NCBI GenBank assembly: GCA_043228905.1
Contig: JBHGNT010000001.1
Span: 5,394,001 to 5,458,000 of the forward strand
Length of the DNA: 64,000 nt
Reading direction: 5' to 3'
Source: Azolla caroliniana
Lineage: Eukaryota; Plantae; Polypodiophyta
Shown: piece after piece, positions 1 through 12,192 of the stretch
Layout: every line of letters begins with the position of its first letter
Numbering within the stretch: position 1 is the first letter of the stretch
Position numbers and translations under genes: made by a program
Notes under the pieces: model-generated
Seen by the model: only the letters and a program-made list of their open reading frames with translations
Told to the model about the DNA's origin: nothing
The model's database searches: none

Positions 1-107
1 GAAAACTTGGACACTTCCAAAAGTACTATTGACACCTTAAGAAAGACAATGGTGCTTCGAACGATGTCAAACCCAAAAAGATTTATAGGGAGAAGGGCAC
101 TTCAGAC

Positions 108-831
108 ATGGCTACAAGTGAAGAAGAGGTCTTGTTCATTTGTGAGCAAGCGAGTGTAAACCTCACAAATGAAGAGTGTGCCTGGGTTATTGACTCCATT
201 GCATCATTCCATTTAACTCCCTTGAGAGAATGTTTCTCATCTTACACAAAGATGGGAGATGATGGAGCATGCAAGATTGCTGACATCAGAAGTGTATGTC
301 TGGCAACATCGTCTGGTTGTAGATTGATCCTTAGGGATGTTCGACATGTGCTCAATATGAGGCAGAATCTGATATCGACTAGAAGATTGGACGATGAAGG
401 CTACAATGATAGTTTTCAAAATGGCATGTGAAAGTTTTGTAAGGGAAGTCTCATAATGGTCCGAGCATAGAAACAGGGCACATTGTATGTGATGCATGCC
501 AAGTTGTGCAAGGATGAAGCAAATGTGACAACCGACTCAAATGGGGAGCTATGGCATAAGAGGCTTGGTCACATGAGCGAGACAATCATGCATATTCTAG
601 CCAACAAAAGACTTCTTCAGGAAGTAAAAGGGATACACTTGGAGAAGTGTGTCGACTGCCTCGTCGGAAATCAAAATAGAGTCGTGTTTCACTCAAGACC
701 ACCAAAGAGAAAAAAATGTGCACTAGAACTAGTCCACACGGATGTATGCTACGTAGATGCTCCATCACACCGTGGTGGACAAAATTTTGTGACATTCATT
801 GATGACTATAGCAAAAAGTTGTGGGCTTTTG
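108..831 (+). pseudogene. copia pol fragment: protease, GAG-pre-integrase and start of integrase core
   Basis: ORFs 108-431 and 483-839 (WVIDS, NLISTRRLDDEGY, WHKRLGH, CVDC, VHTDVC, FIDDYS); cut at LWAF by the LINE. Confidence 0.9.
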
Positions 832-850
832 ACAAATAATTGAACAGAGA

Positions 851-2269
851 GTGAGGAGTGATGGCGAGGAGCGATGGCAGAACAACGGCCAATACCTGAT
901 TCGACGCATAGAGGGGGTTCCGGTGCACCTCCCCTTGATTAGCCTTCTACATCTCCCCATAATTTCACGTAAGGTCGTCTCACTCTCCTTGTCAGATAAT
1001 GATAAGAATATCATGTTGGAAGAAGTACAACAACTACAGGAGGTTTCTCTGGTAGCTCATATGGAAGGATCAAGGCCAAATAGGCCTGAGTTGCGTCGAA
1101 TGTTGTACGCTTCCTTCCCAGAAGAAATCAACATTGTTATGTACATCCAATTCATCGGCAAAGGATGTTATTATTTGGAGTTTTCCGATTCTTCTTCAGT
1201 GGATCATTTGTTGAAGATCAAACATACATCAATGCAGGGAAATTGGATATCTTTCTACAAGTGGACTCATAATCTGGTTGCAGATGAGATTTTGCAGCAC
1301 AAAGAAGCCCAAATGATCTTTACAACCGTTTTTCCAGGATTGAAGAAAGAATGGCATCAAGTATTAGCTCAAATAGGTTCTCTTTTAGGTACTGTAATAG
1401 CGATTAAAGATGAGGCGTCACAGGAAGATGAGTGTATACGAGGAGCACCAACGGTGAGGATTTTGGCCCCCCGAAATAATGTTTTACCATCTTCAGTTTT
1501 GCTGCCAAATTTGCAAGAAAATAAAGAGTCATTGCCCCAAAGGATTGTGTATCAGGGGCTTTCGGATCAATGTTTTATATGTAGGCATTTTGGGCATTTA
1601 GGGAAGGATTGTCCTCGGAAACGTTATCGATTAGAGGAGGCCCCTAAGTCGACTGCTAAGGTGGGGAGATCCGACTGGACTCCAGTAGCAGCCAAACATA
1701 CTTTTAAACAATTTAACTCACCAGTCAATTCTATAGTTTTGTTCGATGGTAATCCGTACAATACTTTGAATAACGATGAAGATAGGAATATCTCCTCGCA
1801 AAATATTGTAAGGGAGAAGAATAAAGTTGTTGAAATACAGAATCCAACAACCTTGAAGCCTTGACTATTAAAGAAAGTAAGGATAGACATCATAAATTGG
1901 AGGGTCCGTATGGGGCAATTGAATGGTAATCATTTGTGGGATAAAGGGAAGCATATCATTCAATCCTTGCCTCATCCGGTGCCTCAGGACAAGGCGCGAC
2001 AAATTGACTGTTCGGGGATTGACATGGATTGTGAAACGGATTTATCTCCAGTAATCTATGAGGAAGATCCATCAAAACAAAAGTCCCTCGCCGTAGTGGA
2101 AACGATGGTTGCTCAAGGCACTAATGATTTTTCCTTTTCGATAGTAACTTTGGTTCGTGCACATAAATACTCCGGTAAAGATATAATGATAACTAGAAGA
2201 CAATTACGTGTTGCTGAGGAAGGAAAACACCGAGGAGAAGTTTTGGCCGGAAAAAGGACAGTTTCATAA
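851..2269 (+). pseudogene. LINE ORF1 (DUF4283-like region plus CCHC zinc knuckle) with a premature stop at 1862-1864
   Basis: GKGCYYLEF...ISFYKW pattern and knuckle CFICRHFGHLGKDC. ORF 1910-2269 is in the same frame as 851-1864. Confidence 0.85.
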
Positions 2270-2287
2270 TACTTAGTTTTTCTATTA

Positions 2288-5200
2288 ATGGATGTTCTCA
2301 ATATAATCTCATGGAATGTGCAAGGATTAGGAGGTAGTAGGTTTCGAAGAATGAGAGGGGTTTTTAGACAGGAGTTAAAAAAGCCTTATGTAGGACCAAT
2401 AGATGTGCTCATTATTCAGGACCATCATTTAGGGGAACAACGCATCTTAAAATATGGGAATCTTCTCCTCGGGAGGTGGCAACAATTTTGGTTGCCGGCT
2501 TTTGGACCGAATGATACCCAAGGGGTTTATGTATTGCGGTTTCACATATTTGGGCTTCACATGTAAGTATATCTGGATCATTAGCAAATAAAAGAGCACA
2601 ATATATTGTTTTTCAAATTGGAGCGATTAAGTGGGGTTTGCTTAACCTTTACGCACCGAATTCTGAAGCAGCGAGGTCTCATTTTTGGTCTAAAATTCTA
2701 TTACAAATACCTCAGATTGACCATTGGGCATTAGTTGGGGATTTTAATATGTTAGAGGATGTGCAAGATAGGCAAGGTGGTAGTTTACGCATTATCTCTG
2801 GGTCACAGAATTTAGGGAGTAGGAAAAACTATGTATGTCACTACAATTGGTTGATCTTTGGTCAGTGCAATCCTTTAATAGAATACCAAAATCTCTATCT
2901 TTTTCAAGATCTGATAGGAGATTGGCAGGGGTCAACCTTTCTCGTTTGGATAGGTTTTATGGGGATGCTTTTATGTGGACTAGAGGTGGTAAATTAGGAA
3001 TTTTACCTGGTTGTTCTTATTCTGATCATTCACCTCTTAAGTTAAAATTCTTTTTATCATCGACAAGAAGGGCTAGTAGATTTAGAATCCCTAACTCCGT
3101 TTTTCTTAGAGACGATTGTAAACATTTTGTTCAAAGTATTTGGTTCCGATATCATTATGATGTAGAATCCAATGCTATCTTGATTAATGTGTGCATGTGT
3201 TGAAAGAAATTCAAGAATTTTTTCAAAGTAAAGCGAAAGCTTTGTATCTTGATTACGATTCCAAGATTGGAAGATACAAACGAGCTTTAACAACGTTACA
3301 ACATTTGCAACAAAGGTGGCCTAGGTCTGTAGATTTAGCCGTGAGAATTATTGATGTTGGGAAAACAATTACTGATATGCAATTGCAGAAGTCAGATTTT
3401 TGGTATCATAAATCCTTTGCAAGATGGACTAGACAGGTTGATACAGTTTGTAAAGGGTTTTTTGAACCTCATCGCATTAAATCACATAAATCTCAACCGA
3501 CGAGTATGAGACGAGTTGATGGGTCTTTTACATCGAATGTGATAGAGATGAGGGACATAACATCCTCTTTTTATAGTCATTTGTTGACAGTAGTTCCAAT
3601 TTCGAGAAATAATGTGATTAAGAGGGATGTTGTTTGGGCTTCGATCTCTAATCGAGTTTCATTGGAAATGCAATTTTCTTTGCTTGCTCCGTTGCAACAT
3701 TATGAAGTTTTGTCAGCAGCAAAGGCTTTAGGTAAGGATTTTTGTCCAGGTGTTGATGGGATGGGGGTTTCATGGTATATAGAGTATTGGGATATGATTG
3801 GTAATGTTTTGACTTCTGCCTACCAACAAATTCTTGACCATGGTTATATGCCTCAGGAATGGACAAAAGGCCTAATATATTTGATTCCAAAGGGGGACGA
3901 CCCTTTGGATGATATTCGAAAATGGAGGCCTATAACACTACTTAATGTTGTGTATAAGATCTTAGCTAAAACAATAGCAAGGAGGGTGCAACCTTTTTTA
4001 CCTCAACTAATTCATGATTCCCATACGGGTTTTGCTCAAGAGAGAAGTATTTTTTATAACATTTTTTTGTTTTGGGAAATGGTGGCTATTGCAGAGCAAC
4101 AACAACAAGGTTTGGCTATTTTGTTTTTAGATTTCAAGAAGGCCTATGACAGAGTGGATTGGGATTTCATGGAAGGGACATTACAACGAATGGGCTTTCC
4201 AATGCAATGGATTAGGGCTGTCGCAACTTTGTATTGGACCACTCATAGTTCTCTTTTGTTTGCAGGTGATGTTGGCTGTAGATTTTCAATTTCGAGATTA
4301 GTAAGACAAGGGTGTCCACTAGCTCCCTTTTTGTTTATTTTAGTCTCTGAATCTTTTTCTGATTACCTTAGGAGTAGGAATGTACATAGTCATGGTATAG
4401 CCTTACCTATACAAGGATATGCAACCATGACTGTTGATTCAGAATTTGCTGATGACACCGCTTTATATGTTTCTGCAGAAAAGGAGAATTTGTTGAATCT
4501 TCAACTAGTAGTAAAATATTTTTGTGATGCTTCAGGAGCTTTGATTAATTGGGACTAGTCTGGGATTTTGGGTCGCGTCTTCCTCTCCTCCACAAGATGT
4601 GCCAACTCCAGGTTTTATTTGGGTGCCTCGAGGTAGAGCAATAAGGTATCTGGGTTGTCAAGTAGGGCTAGAATTGTCAGTAGAAAATATGGTAACACCC
4701 CTTTTATTACGAGTTAGAAATAAATTGTTATATTGGGATACAACTAATTTGTCTTTACCTAGAAGGGTAGTTGTGGCAAACTCTGTTTTACTCGCATCAA
4801 TGTGGTATATTACGTCAACGTGGTTATTTTCACTTTCCATTATATTGAAATTACAATGCTTAGTTCGTAATTTTATTTGGGGTGCTTCGCTGGGATCAAG
4901 GGCTGTTGCAAAAGTTGCTTGGTCGGTTTTAATTCAGCCAATAAGTGAAGGTGGACTAGGCTTAATAGATCCTATGCTCCAGAGTAAGGCTCTTCTTGCG
5001 AAGCATGTTGTGAGAGGATTTATGCCTGGGGATGAGTTGTGGAAAAAGTTATGGTTGTTAGATATTCGTAACATTAAGCCTCCCTTAGGAGGACTGTGGC
5101 AAGATAGTTGTAGATGGTTGTTTAATTTTGAATTTCCAATTAAGGCTCAAAATGTTGGTTCTAGAAAAAAATTACAGGTATTTTGAGGGCATGGAAGGAC

Positions 5201-6608
5201 ATTAGAGAGGTTCTATTATTTCAACTACCTTCAACAGAAGCCCAAATTCTAAGACAACCATTGCTATGGAATCCTTTGTTTACTGATAGCTCTGATTGTG
5301 TTTTAGGTATTAGGCCGCATTTATCATGGGGGAAAATGGACTCAGGACCAGCTACAAGTGTGGCTGATTGGGACCGTTTTCAATTTCTCTTAAATGAGGA
5401 CAAAAAACAATTGTTGTCTTCATTATGTGGGGGATGTTTGATGTCCGTTCAGATTCAACGGGCTTTTCAGAATTGTTAAAGGCAAATTACCTTACATAAT
5501 AATTATACATGGTACGGTCTTTTCTCACCTTTGGGCATTTTAATAGGTGCCAAGGCTTACATTGATGGGGGTACAATAAGATTTTATGAGGTTGGAGATG
5601 CTGGTCTTTTATATTTAGTGGAAGAAGAAGCTGAAGTTATGCAACTAGCCTCCCAAAAACCCATTAGGGTAATTGCTAGGTTAGAGAAGAAGATTTTCCT
5701 AGATCCTACCCCTTTTTTGGCAGACCATGCACGACAATTGTGGGCATTTCAAAGTAAGCCGATGGAACACCTTAATTGGGATCCGGCTGATTACGCATGG
5801 CGGTTGGTTGGAAGGTCTTTGGCAAATGAACAAGAAAGTAGAACTCTTCCTTTTTTTCAGTATTGTGTGGCCTACGAGAGATGCTTCTTGTTGCAATGTC
5901 ATTCTATAAGTCCTACTGCACAAAAGTATTGGGAGTCAGGTGTAATATCGTCTCAATATTTGGCAACTTACTGGAAAAGTCTATGGGCTTTACCATGTTT
6001 GCGGAGAGCCATTTCTTTTAAGTGGTTATTACTTCATTGGGCTTTACCTCTAGGTTGTCATCTGAAAGGACAGGTTCATGATCGTCGTTGTGTGTGTTGC
6101 CAATTACAGGAGGAGACTTTGAAACATTTGTTCTGGACTTGTATTGCAGCTCAACAATATTGGGGAAGAATACTAAGGTTGTTTTCTTGTAAATATAGAG
6201 GAGCTATTTTACATGGGGAGCTGTTCTTTGGGGGTCTTTGGATGTCCAAGTATCCATGTACGAGGGGGATCAATGTGTGGAAGCATTGCGTGTGTTGGAG
6301 AATAGAATTGAAGCAGTTCTCCCGAATAGTCCAGGTGGTAAATATTTTAAAAGTCTTTTGTTTGGAATATTGTCTCGATTAATGCTTTATGGGTGTGGTG
6401 GAAGTGTAGGTGCAACAAGAAATATGAAGGTATCGAGTATAATGTGATGGATATAATAAAGATGTTCTGGGACAACTTAGTACATACAGTTAAGGGAGAG
6501 TACGATAATATTAAAGGACCAGCAAAAAAGGTGCATAAGAAAAGAAGAAAAATTCGATGGTTGTTTCCTCCGCCTAGTCCTTTCTTATTTCAGTCTTATA
6601 ACACATAA
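2288..6608 (+). pseudogene. LINE ORF2 (APE endonuclease, RT, zf-RVT), frameshifted
   Basis: EN: ISWNVQGLG, NLYAPN, GDFN, SRLDRFY, SDHSP. RT: CPGVDG, WRPITLLN, LDFKKAYDRVDW, VRQGCPLAP, FADD, YLG, GGLGL. zf-RVT: CVCCQLQEETLKHLFWTC. Confidence 0.95.
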
Positions 6609-6899
6609 CAACATAACAACATAACTTGTTGATAAACATAATAATTCTTTTCTTTGTTGGAAAAGGATTTTGTTATGGGAGGAAGAAGTGTTCCTATGGT
6701 GTGATAGGGAGATATTTATATATTTCTATTCAAAGTAATCTGTATTGTTTGATACTTTTCGGCGGGTTTTGTTACTTACCTAATGGACTATGAAGTAGTG
6801 TCGTTGGACAGGATAAGTGATGTTGTTGGTGGAAATCAAGGACATGGCAAGCCAAAATTTGGTGCCGATTAGCGAGATTGCGAGATGATTGTTGTAGAC

Positions 6900-7600
6900 G
6901 TAAGAAGCAAATTCTTTTTGAGCAATAAGGATGAGTGTAGATGGTGTGGGGGTTGAAGCATATTATTATGAGCAAGAATTTGGTGGTAATCGGCGAGAGG
7001 GTTGATGTGGAATTAAGAAGCAAAATTCTTTTGAGGGATAAGGTGGAGTGAAGATGGTGTGGGGTTTGAAGCATAGTATCATGAGTTGGTGAGGGAGTTT
7101 TTTACACTAATATGTTTGTTGTCTATATGTCAGGATGCTTGATGGAATTTGAAATTGGACAGATGGTTGATGTTGAAAATAAAGCAGATTTTCTATAAAG
7201 ATGGTGTTGGAGGGTGAAGCAGTTTTTATGAGTGTCTAAGGAGAGTTTCATTCTATTTTTTGATGGTGTAGGGGTTGAAGCATACTTTCATGAGGGGAGA
7301 AGGAGAGCACATTGGATGTTGGTCATCGCGTCTTCCAATCTCAAGGACCTTTTATGTTTTTTGTATGTATAGGGCTTTCGTGGTCTACGACGAGAGATGG
7401 TTGTGGTGGACTTTGGTGGTAATCGGCTAGATGTTGGATGGGGGGAAAATATAACAGATTCTTTGTTTGATAAGGATGAGTCATGAGGTTGGCGGGGGCT
7501 GAAGCATACTTCACAATGGGACGGTAGACTCATTTTCTTTTTCTGTTCTATGAGTGTTGATGGTGTGGACTTGGAAGCATTTTCTTGAGGGTTGATGAGA
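6900..7600 (+). repeat. Degenerate dispersed/tandem repeat in the LINE 3' region (core GATGGTGTGGGGTTGAAGCAT)
   Basis: Core copies near 6940, 7053, 7200, 7262, 7491 and 7559. A partner motif (A)ATTCTTT...ATAAGG precedes several (6907, 7021, 7455). Confidence 0.7.
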
Positions 7601-8300
7601 GTACATGTTTTGAAGCTTGGAGATTTTTAATGTCTTTAAGACACAACAACTCAGGCCAAATGTGTTGTTGTCATCGGAAGACATTGCTTGAATTCAGACA
7701 TTGGAATTAGTTGATAAAGTGATCACATTACAGGATTTATGAAGCTGGTTGATTTTGTAGGCATTTTTGTTGTCAAAATGATGTGGAAAAATGTGGAAAA
7801 ATGAAGTTCGAAAAAGCTGGATACTCTGAGATGTTGTTTATATGTTGACTATGGTCTTTAGTACTTTTGTCTACAACACGAAGTTTTTAGAAACCATGAC
7901 AAGGGGCAAAGGAAGATGTGTTTCAGACGCTTCTAACTACAAATGTGGCCATTTGGAATGCAATTATGATAGAATCGACTTGTTTTTACATGATGGAGAT
8001 TGTTTTTACCTTTACATGTGGTCTCCTAACTTGCCGTAGCAAAGGCTTGTGGAAGTGTAGAAGCTATTGACATTGCGGATATGGCTCTTGTGGATAATGA
8101 TATGATGGTATTGGGCAATGCTTCGATGGACATGTATGACAAATGTGTAGGTTTGGAACAGCCAAGGAAGTGCTGGAAAAGTTTGTTTTTCAAGATGTGA
8201 ATAGCTTGGAATGCACTCATTATAACATATGTCCAGCATGAACAAGGCCACAAAGCACTCGATTCATTTGAACAAATGCAAAGCATGGGCATTTCTCTGA
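7600..8300 (+). pseudogene. Degenerate PLS-class PPR gene fragment inside the LINE 3' region
   Basis: Manual translation with two frameshifts from 8042: KACGSVEAID...DMMVLGNASMDMYDKCVGLE / AKEVLEKFVFQDV / IAWNALIITYVQHEQGHKALDSFEQMQSMGIS. Also 7912 EDVFQTLLTTNVAIWNAIM. Both fit the PLS-PPR consensus (GNALVDMYAKCG...DVVSWNALI.GY..HG.G.EAL..FEQM...G..P). The 7600-7900 part is much weaker. Confidence 0.85.
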
Positions 8301-8528
8301 TTTAGATAATGGTATGGCATCATTGTAATTTCTTTGCCTATAAAGATTGCCGAGGGTTTTTTCTTACTTATCTTACCTAGAAAGACTGGCTAGAGTCATT
8401 TGGCATGGCTTTACAATATTCGAAGTAATATTGGCCTATTTGTACATGGCCTCTGGCCACTTTCATTTTAATACCAATGGAGGATTGTTTTTAGGAAAAA
8501 AAGAAAAGGAAAAAGTTGTGGGTTTTCG

Positions 8529-10065
8529 TGCTAAAGTCGAAAGATCAAGTGTTGTCGGTCTTTATGGAATTTCAGGCTAGAGCAGAAAGAGAATTTGGAA
8601 GAAACTGAAAGCTATTCGAACCGACAATGTTGGTGAATACAGAGGACAATTCGAGGAATATTGCAAGACCGAAGGCATAAAACTCGAGTGTATAGTGCCT
8701 AAGACCCCTGAACTGAATGGAACAATAATGGAAAGAGTGAGGAGCATGTTGTCACATGTAGAGCTTCCAAAGTCGTATTAGGTTGAAGCTATGTTGACGA
8801 CCGTCTATTTGATCAACAGATCTCCTTCAGTGTCCCTGAAAGGTGATGCCCCACAACGGGTATGGAAAAGTAATGATGTCTCCTATCAACACTTGAAGGT
8901 GTTCGGATGCCTGTCATATATACATGTTGCCAAGGATGAGAGGTCGAAACTTGATAGCAAGTTGAAACCATGCATATTTCTGGGGTACTCAAAGGACGAA
9001 TTCAGCTACACGTTATGGGATATACGCGACATGAAAGTAGTGAGGAGTCGAGACATAGTATTTATGGAAGACAAGACGATTGAAGACTGGAAATAACAGA
9101 AGCCAGAGTCGTCTTCCCAGTCGACTCCACTACTATGGACTCGGGACTAGTCGACTCTACACGTTCGACCATTAGGAGATAGCCAACATACACAACCAAA
9201 TCTGAATTAGTTTACTCGGAGCAACCGATTGATACACATGAGTCAGAGTCGACTGACCTACAGAGATTGATTGCAACATACGAGTAGGAGTCGATTGACC
9301 TTTAGAAACTGGTCGACATGTATGAACTCGAGCCGAGTGAAGAGTCGATAGATACTTATGAACCTAAGCTGACCATGGGAGGTTGAAGATATCCACTTAG
9401 ACAAAGGAATGCAGGTCCCTCTCGATACTCTAGTCAATATGTCTTAGTGACTGATGACGATGAGCCAGAATGTTATGAAGAAGCCATAACAGATGAGCAC
9501 AAGGAGAAATATCAGACTGCAATGCAAGATGAAATGAACTCCTTGCATGAAAATTACACTTACGACTTGGTAGAGTTACCAAAAGGTAAGAGAGCCCTGA
9601 GAAATAAATGGGTATACAAGCTGAAAAATGGGGAAGATGGTAGCTCACCTAGGTATAAGGCCCGAATAGTAGTAAAGGGATTTTAGCAGAAGAAAGGGGT
9701 TGACTTTGATGAATATTTTCACCAGTCATAAAGATGACATCCATTCGAACAATGTTAAGTATTGCTGCTAGTATGAATCTAGAAATAGAGCAATTGGATG
9801 TCAAAACAACATTCTTGCATGGGGAATTAGATGAAGAAATCTATTTGCAAAAGTCCGAAGGTTTTGTGGAGAAAGGGAAAGAGAATCTAGTGTGTCGATG
9901 GAGGAAGAGCTTGTATGGTCTGAAGCAAGCTCCACGACAATGGTATAAGAAGTTCTAACCCTTCATGTTGGAATATGGGTTCCAAAAGCCACAAGTTGAT
10001 CACTGTGTGTTTGTCAAAAGGTACAATGAAGGCGACTTCTTGATTCTCTTGCTATATGTGGACAA
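8529..10065 (+). pseudogene. copia integrase core/C-terminus and RT N-terminal part
   Basis: VLKSKDQV, IRTDNVGEY, PKTPELNG, VYLINRSPS, LKVFGC, CIFLGY, VVRSRDIVF, EPECYEEA, KARIVVKGF, LKQAPRQW, LLYVD. Confidence 0.9.
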
Positions 10066-11214
10066 TGTTGAACCCGTTCTTTCTTGTGGGCGTGTTGATT
10101 TAGGCTCCTCCCCTTCCATTGCATAGATGCGCTTCCTTACCATCCGCTTTTTTTCTTTTCTTTTCTTAGGTGCATTTTTTGGCCGGTATTATGAGCCTTC
10201 TGCCCTACGCGTCTGCCCGCAAGTTAGATGTGTGGTTCACCGATTCCACTGAATACTCTCACTTGTTGAAGCACAGTGCACTTTAGGCCCTAGCTGCTGG
10301 TCTTCCCAAAGGGTTTGGGCCCTCTTTGTCCGGGTACATGCACCAATGATCAACGCATGTACAAAGAAGGCGTGGTGTTGCCTTTCCCCCTGAAAAGCTA
10401 GGCTTGGTATCCCTTTCGCTGCACCTCGCGTTCATGGTATCTATATTCAATTGTGCTTTAGAGACACGGTCAAAGTACTCCCAATGATTGGTTAGGCCCA
10501 GCTCCTATCACGACATGCTCTAGTCTCCTCCCTTCGTTCCCTGAGGTTGTGGTCCCCTTGCATTAGAATAAGTAGTGTCCGTCTTGTTGCGGACATTTGC
10601 AATACCCTAACCGACATGCGGCAGACAATTCATTCAGTGACTTTGCGGTCGGCTTCACTAAACCGACTTGAATCTGAATGGTAGTTTGGATTAAGTCTGA
10701 TTGAAATCAGATTTACCTTTCATGTCGTATCCTATTACCATACCTTCTATCTCGGCTTGATATTAGTTGTTCTCGAGGCCTTTCATATAGAAGCAAACCC
10801 TCCAAATTTATGACCAAGCTTTTCTTTTGTAACCTTCAAACGAATAAACGATCACCCATTATGAATTTATGCATAGAAACCATCAAATTTAGGCGAAATG
10901 AAAAGTCTACATGACCAAATTCTCCCTCTGATATTTTTCATCCTTCTCGACAAGCAAGCATCAACAAAAGGGCCTTTCCATACATATCATGCCATTATTA
11001 ATTTCTATGTTTCCTCACTATTGCTCAAAATCCACATTTCTGTGTTTCCTCCTTTCGTGCGTCCTTCGCCTCCTCTGTAAGAATAATCAACCAGATTCAT
11101 AACAACACCTCAAACAATGGGGCGCCTGCCTAACCACCGGCTTTGCCATGCTTTTCCAAGCTTACGTATGCCACGGTCGAGATTAGACACTATATCGATA
11201 GTAGCTCAGCATCA
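10066..11214. mobile_element. Probable solo LTR (1149 bp) inserted in the copia RT YVDD motif
   Basis: Starts TGTTG and ends CATCA. Removing it plus 5 bp restores GTG GAC AAC ATG TTA (Y-V-D-N-M-L). Flanks GACAA/GAAAT match only 3/5. No coding capacity recognised. Confidence 0.7.
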
Positions 11215-11219
11215 GAAAT

Positions 11220-12180
11220 CATGTTAGTGGTCGAACAAGACACCAAGAAGATTGCGAGCTTGAAGGAAACACAAGGCAAGTCGTTTGCCATGAAAGGTCT
11301 TGGACCGGCAAAGCAAATCTTGGGGATGCACATAGTTCGAGTCGGAACTAAGAATGTGTTATGGTTGTCACAAGGGATGGGACAAAAATCTTGGAAAGAT
11401 TTAAAATGTCAGAAGCTAAACCAATGGGGTTTGCATTGCCAACAAATTGCAAGTTGAATGCTAGGCAATGTTCGAAAAGCAAAAAGGACAAGGCTAAGAT
11501 GAAGAAAGTGCCATATGCCTCGGCCGTCGACAGCTTGATCTATGCTATGGTCTGTACAAGACCAAACATAGCATTTGCGGTCAAATTAGTAAGCCTATAT
11601 ATGAGTAATCCACGAAGAGAGCAATGGGCAGTTGTACAATGGATACTTAGGTACTTGAAAGGCACCTCAAGGGTATGCTTTAGGTATGGATTTGGAAAAT
11701 CTATGCTCCAAGGTTTTACTGACTTAGACATGTTGAGGGATGTAGACTCCAATCGATCCACATTAGGTTATGTGATGACCTATGCAGGGGGGGGCAGTGT
11801 CATGACAGTCGAGATTGCAAAAGGTTGCGGCTTTGTTGACCATAGAAGTAGAATATATGGTTGCGGTAGAGGCCGAAAAAGAGCTAATATGGATGAAGAT
11901 TTTTCTCAATGAATTAGGAATGATACAAGAAAATTTCCTACTCCATTGTGATAATCAGAGTGCCATACATCTAACCAAGAACACTACTTACCACTCTCAG
12001 ACCATGCATATACAGAGAAGGTATCACTCGTTATGAGAGAAAGTGGATGAAGAGGAGTTTATTCTTGTGAAGTTCCATACTCATGATAATGGATTCGACA
12101 TGCTCATGAAAACACTACCTATGGATAAACTCAGAGCTTGTCGATAGAAGACAGGATTGGCCGATTCTCCTTACAAGAGT
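11220..12180 (+). pseudogene. copia RT C-terminus and RNase H
   Basis: FAMKGLGPAKQILGM, VPYASAVDSLIYAMVCTRPNIAFAV, WILRYLKGT, RSTLGY, CDNQSAIHL. Confidence 0.9.
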
Positions 12181-12192
12181 GAAGGGAGTGTT

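Larger units (their letters stand above)
832..8509 (+). mobile_element. Near full-length L1-clade LINE (~7.7 kb) inserted in the copia integrase
   Basis: TSD AAAAAGTTGTGGGCTTTTG (813-831) vs AAAAAGTTGTGGGTTTTCG (8510-8528), 17/19 identical. Degenerate A-tail 8496-8509. ORF1 and ORF2 present. The copia reading frame rejoins when the element is removed. Confidence 0.95.

Noticed and set aside
6900-7600. Repeat-spacer-like pattern as a CRISPR array
   Set aside because: Repeats are degenerate, spacing is irregular, spacers are related to each other, the context is eukaryotic and there are no cas genes.
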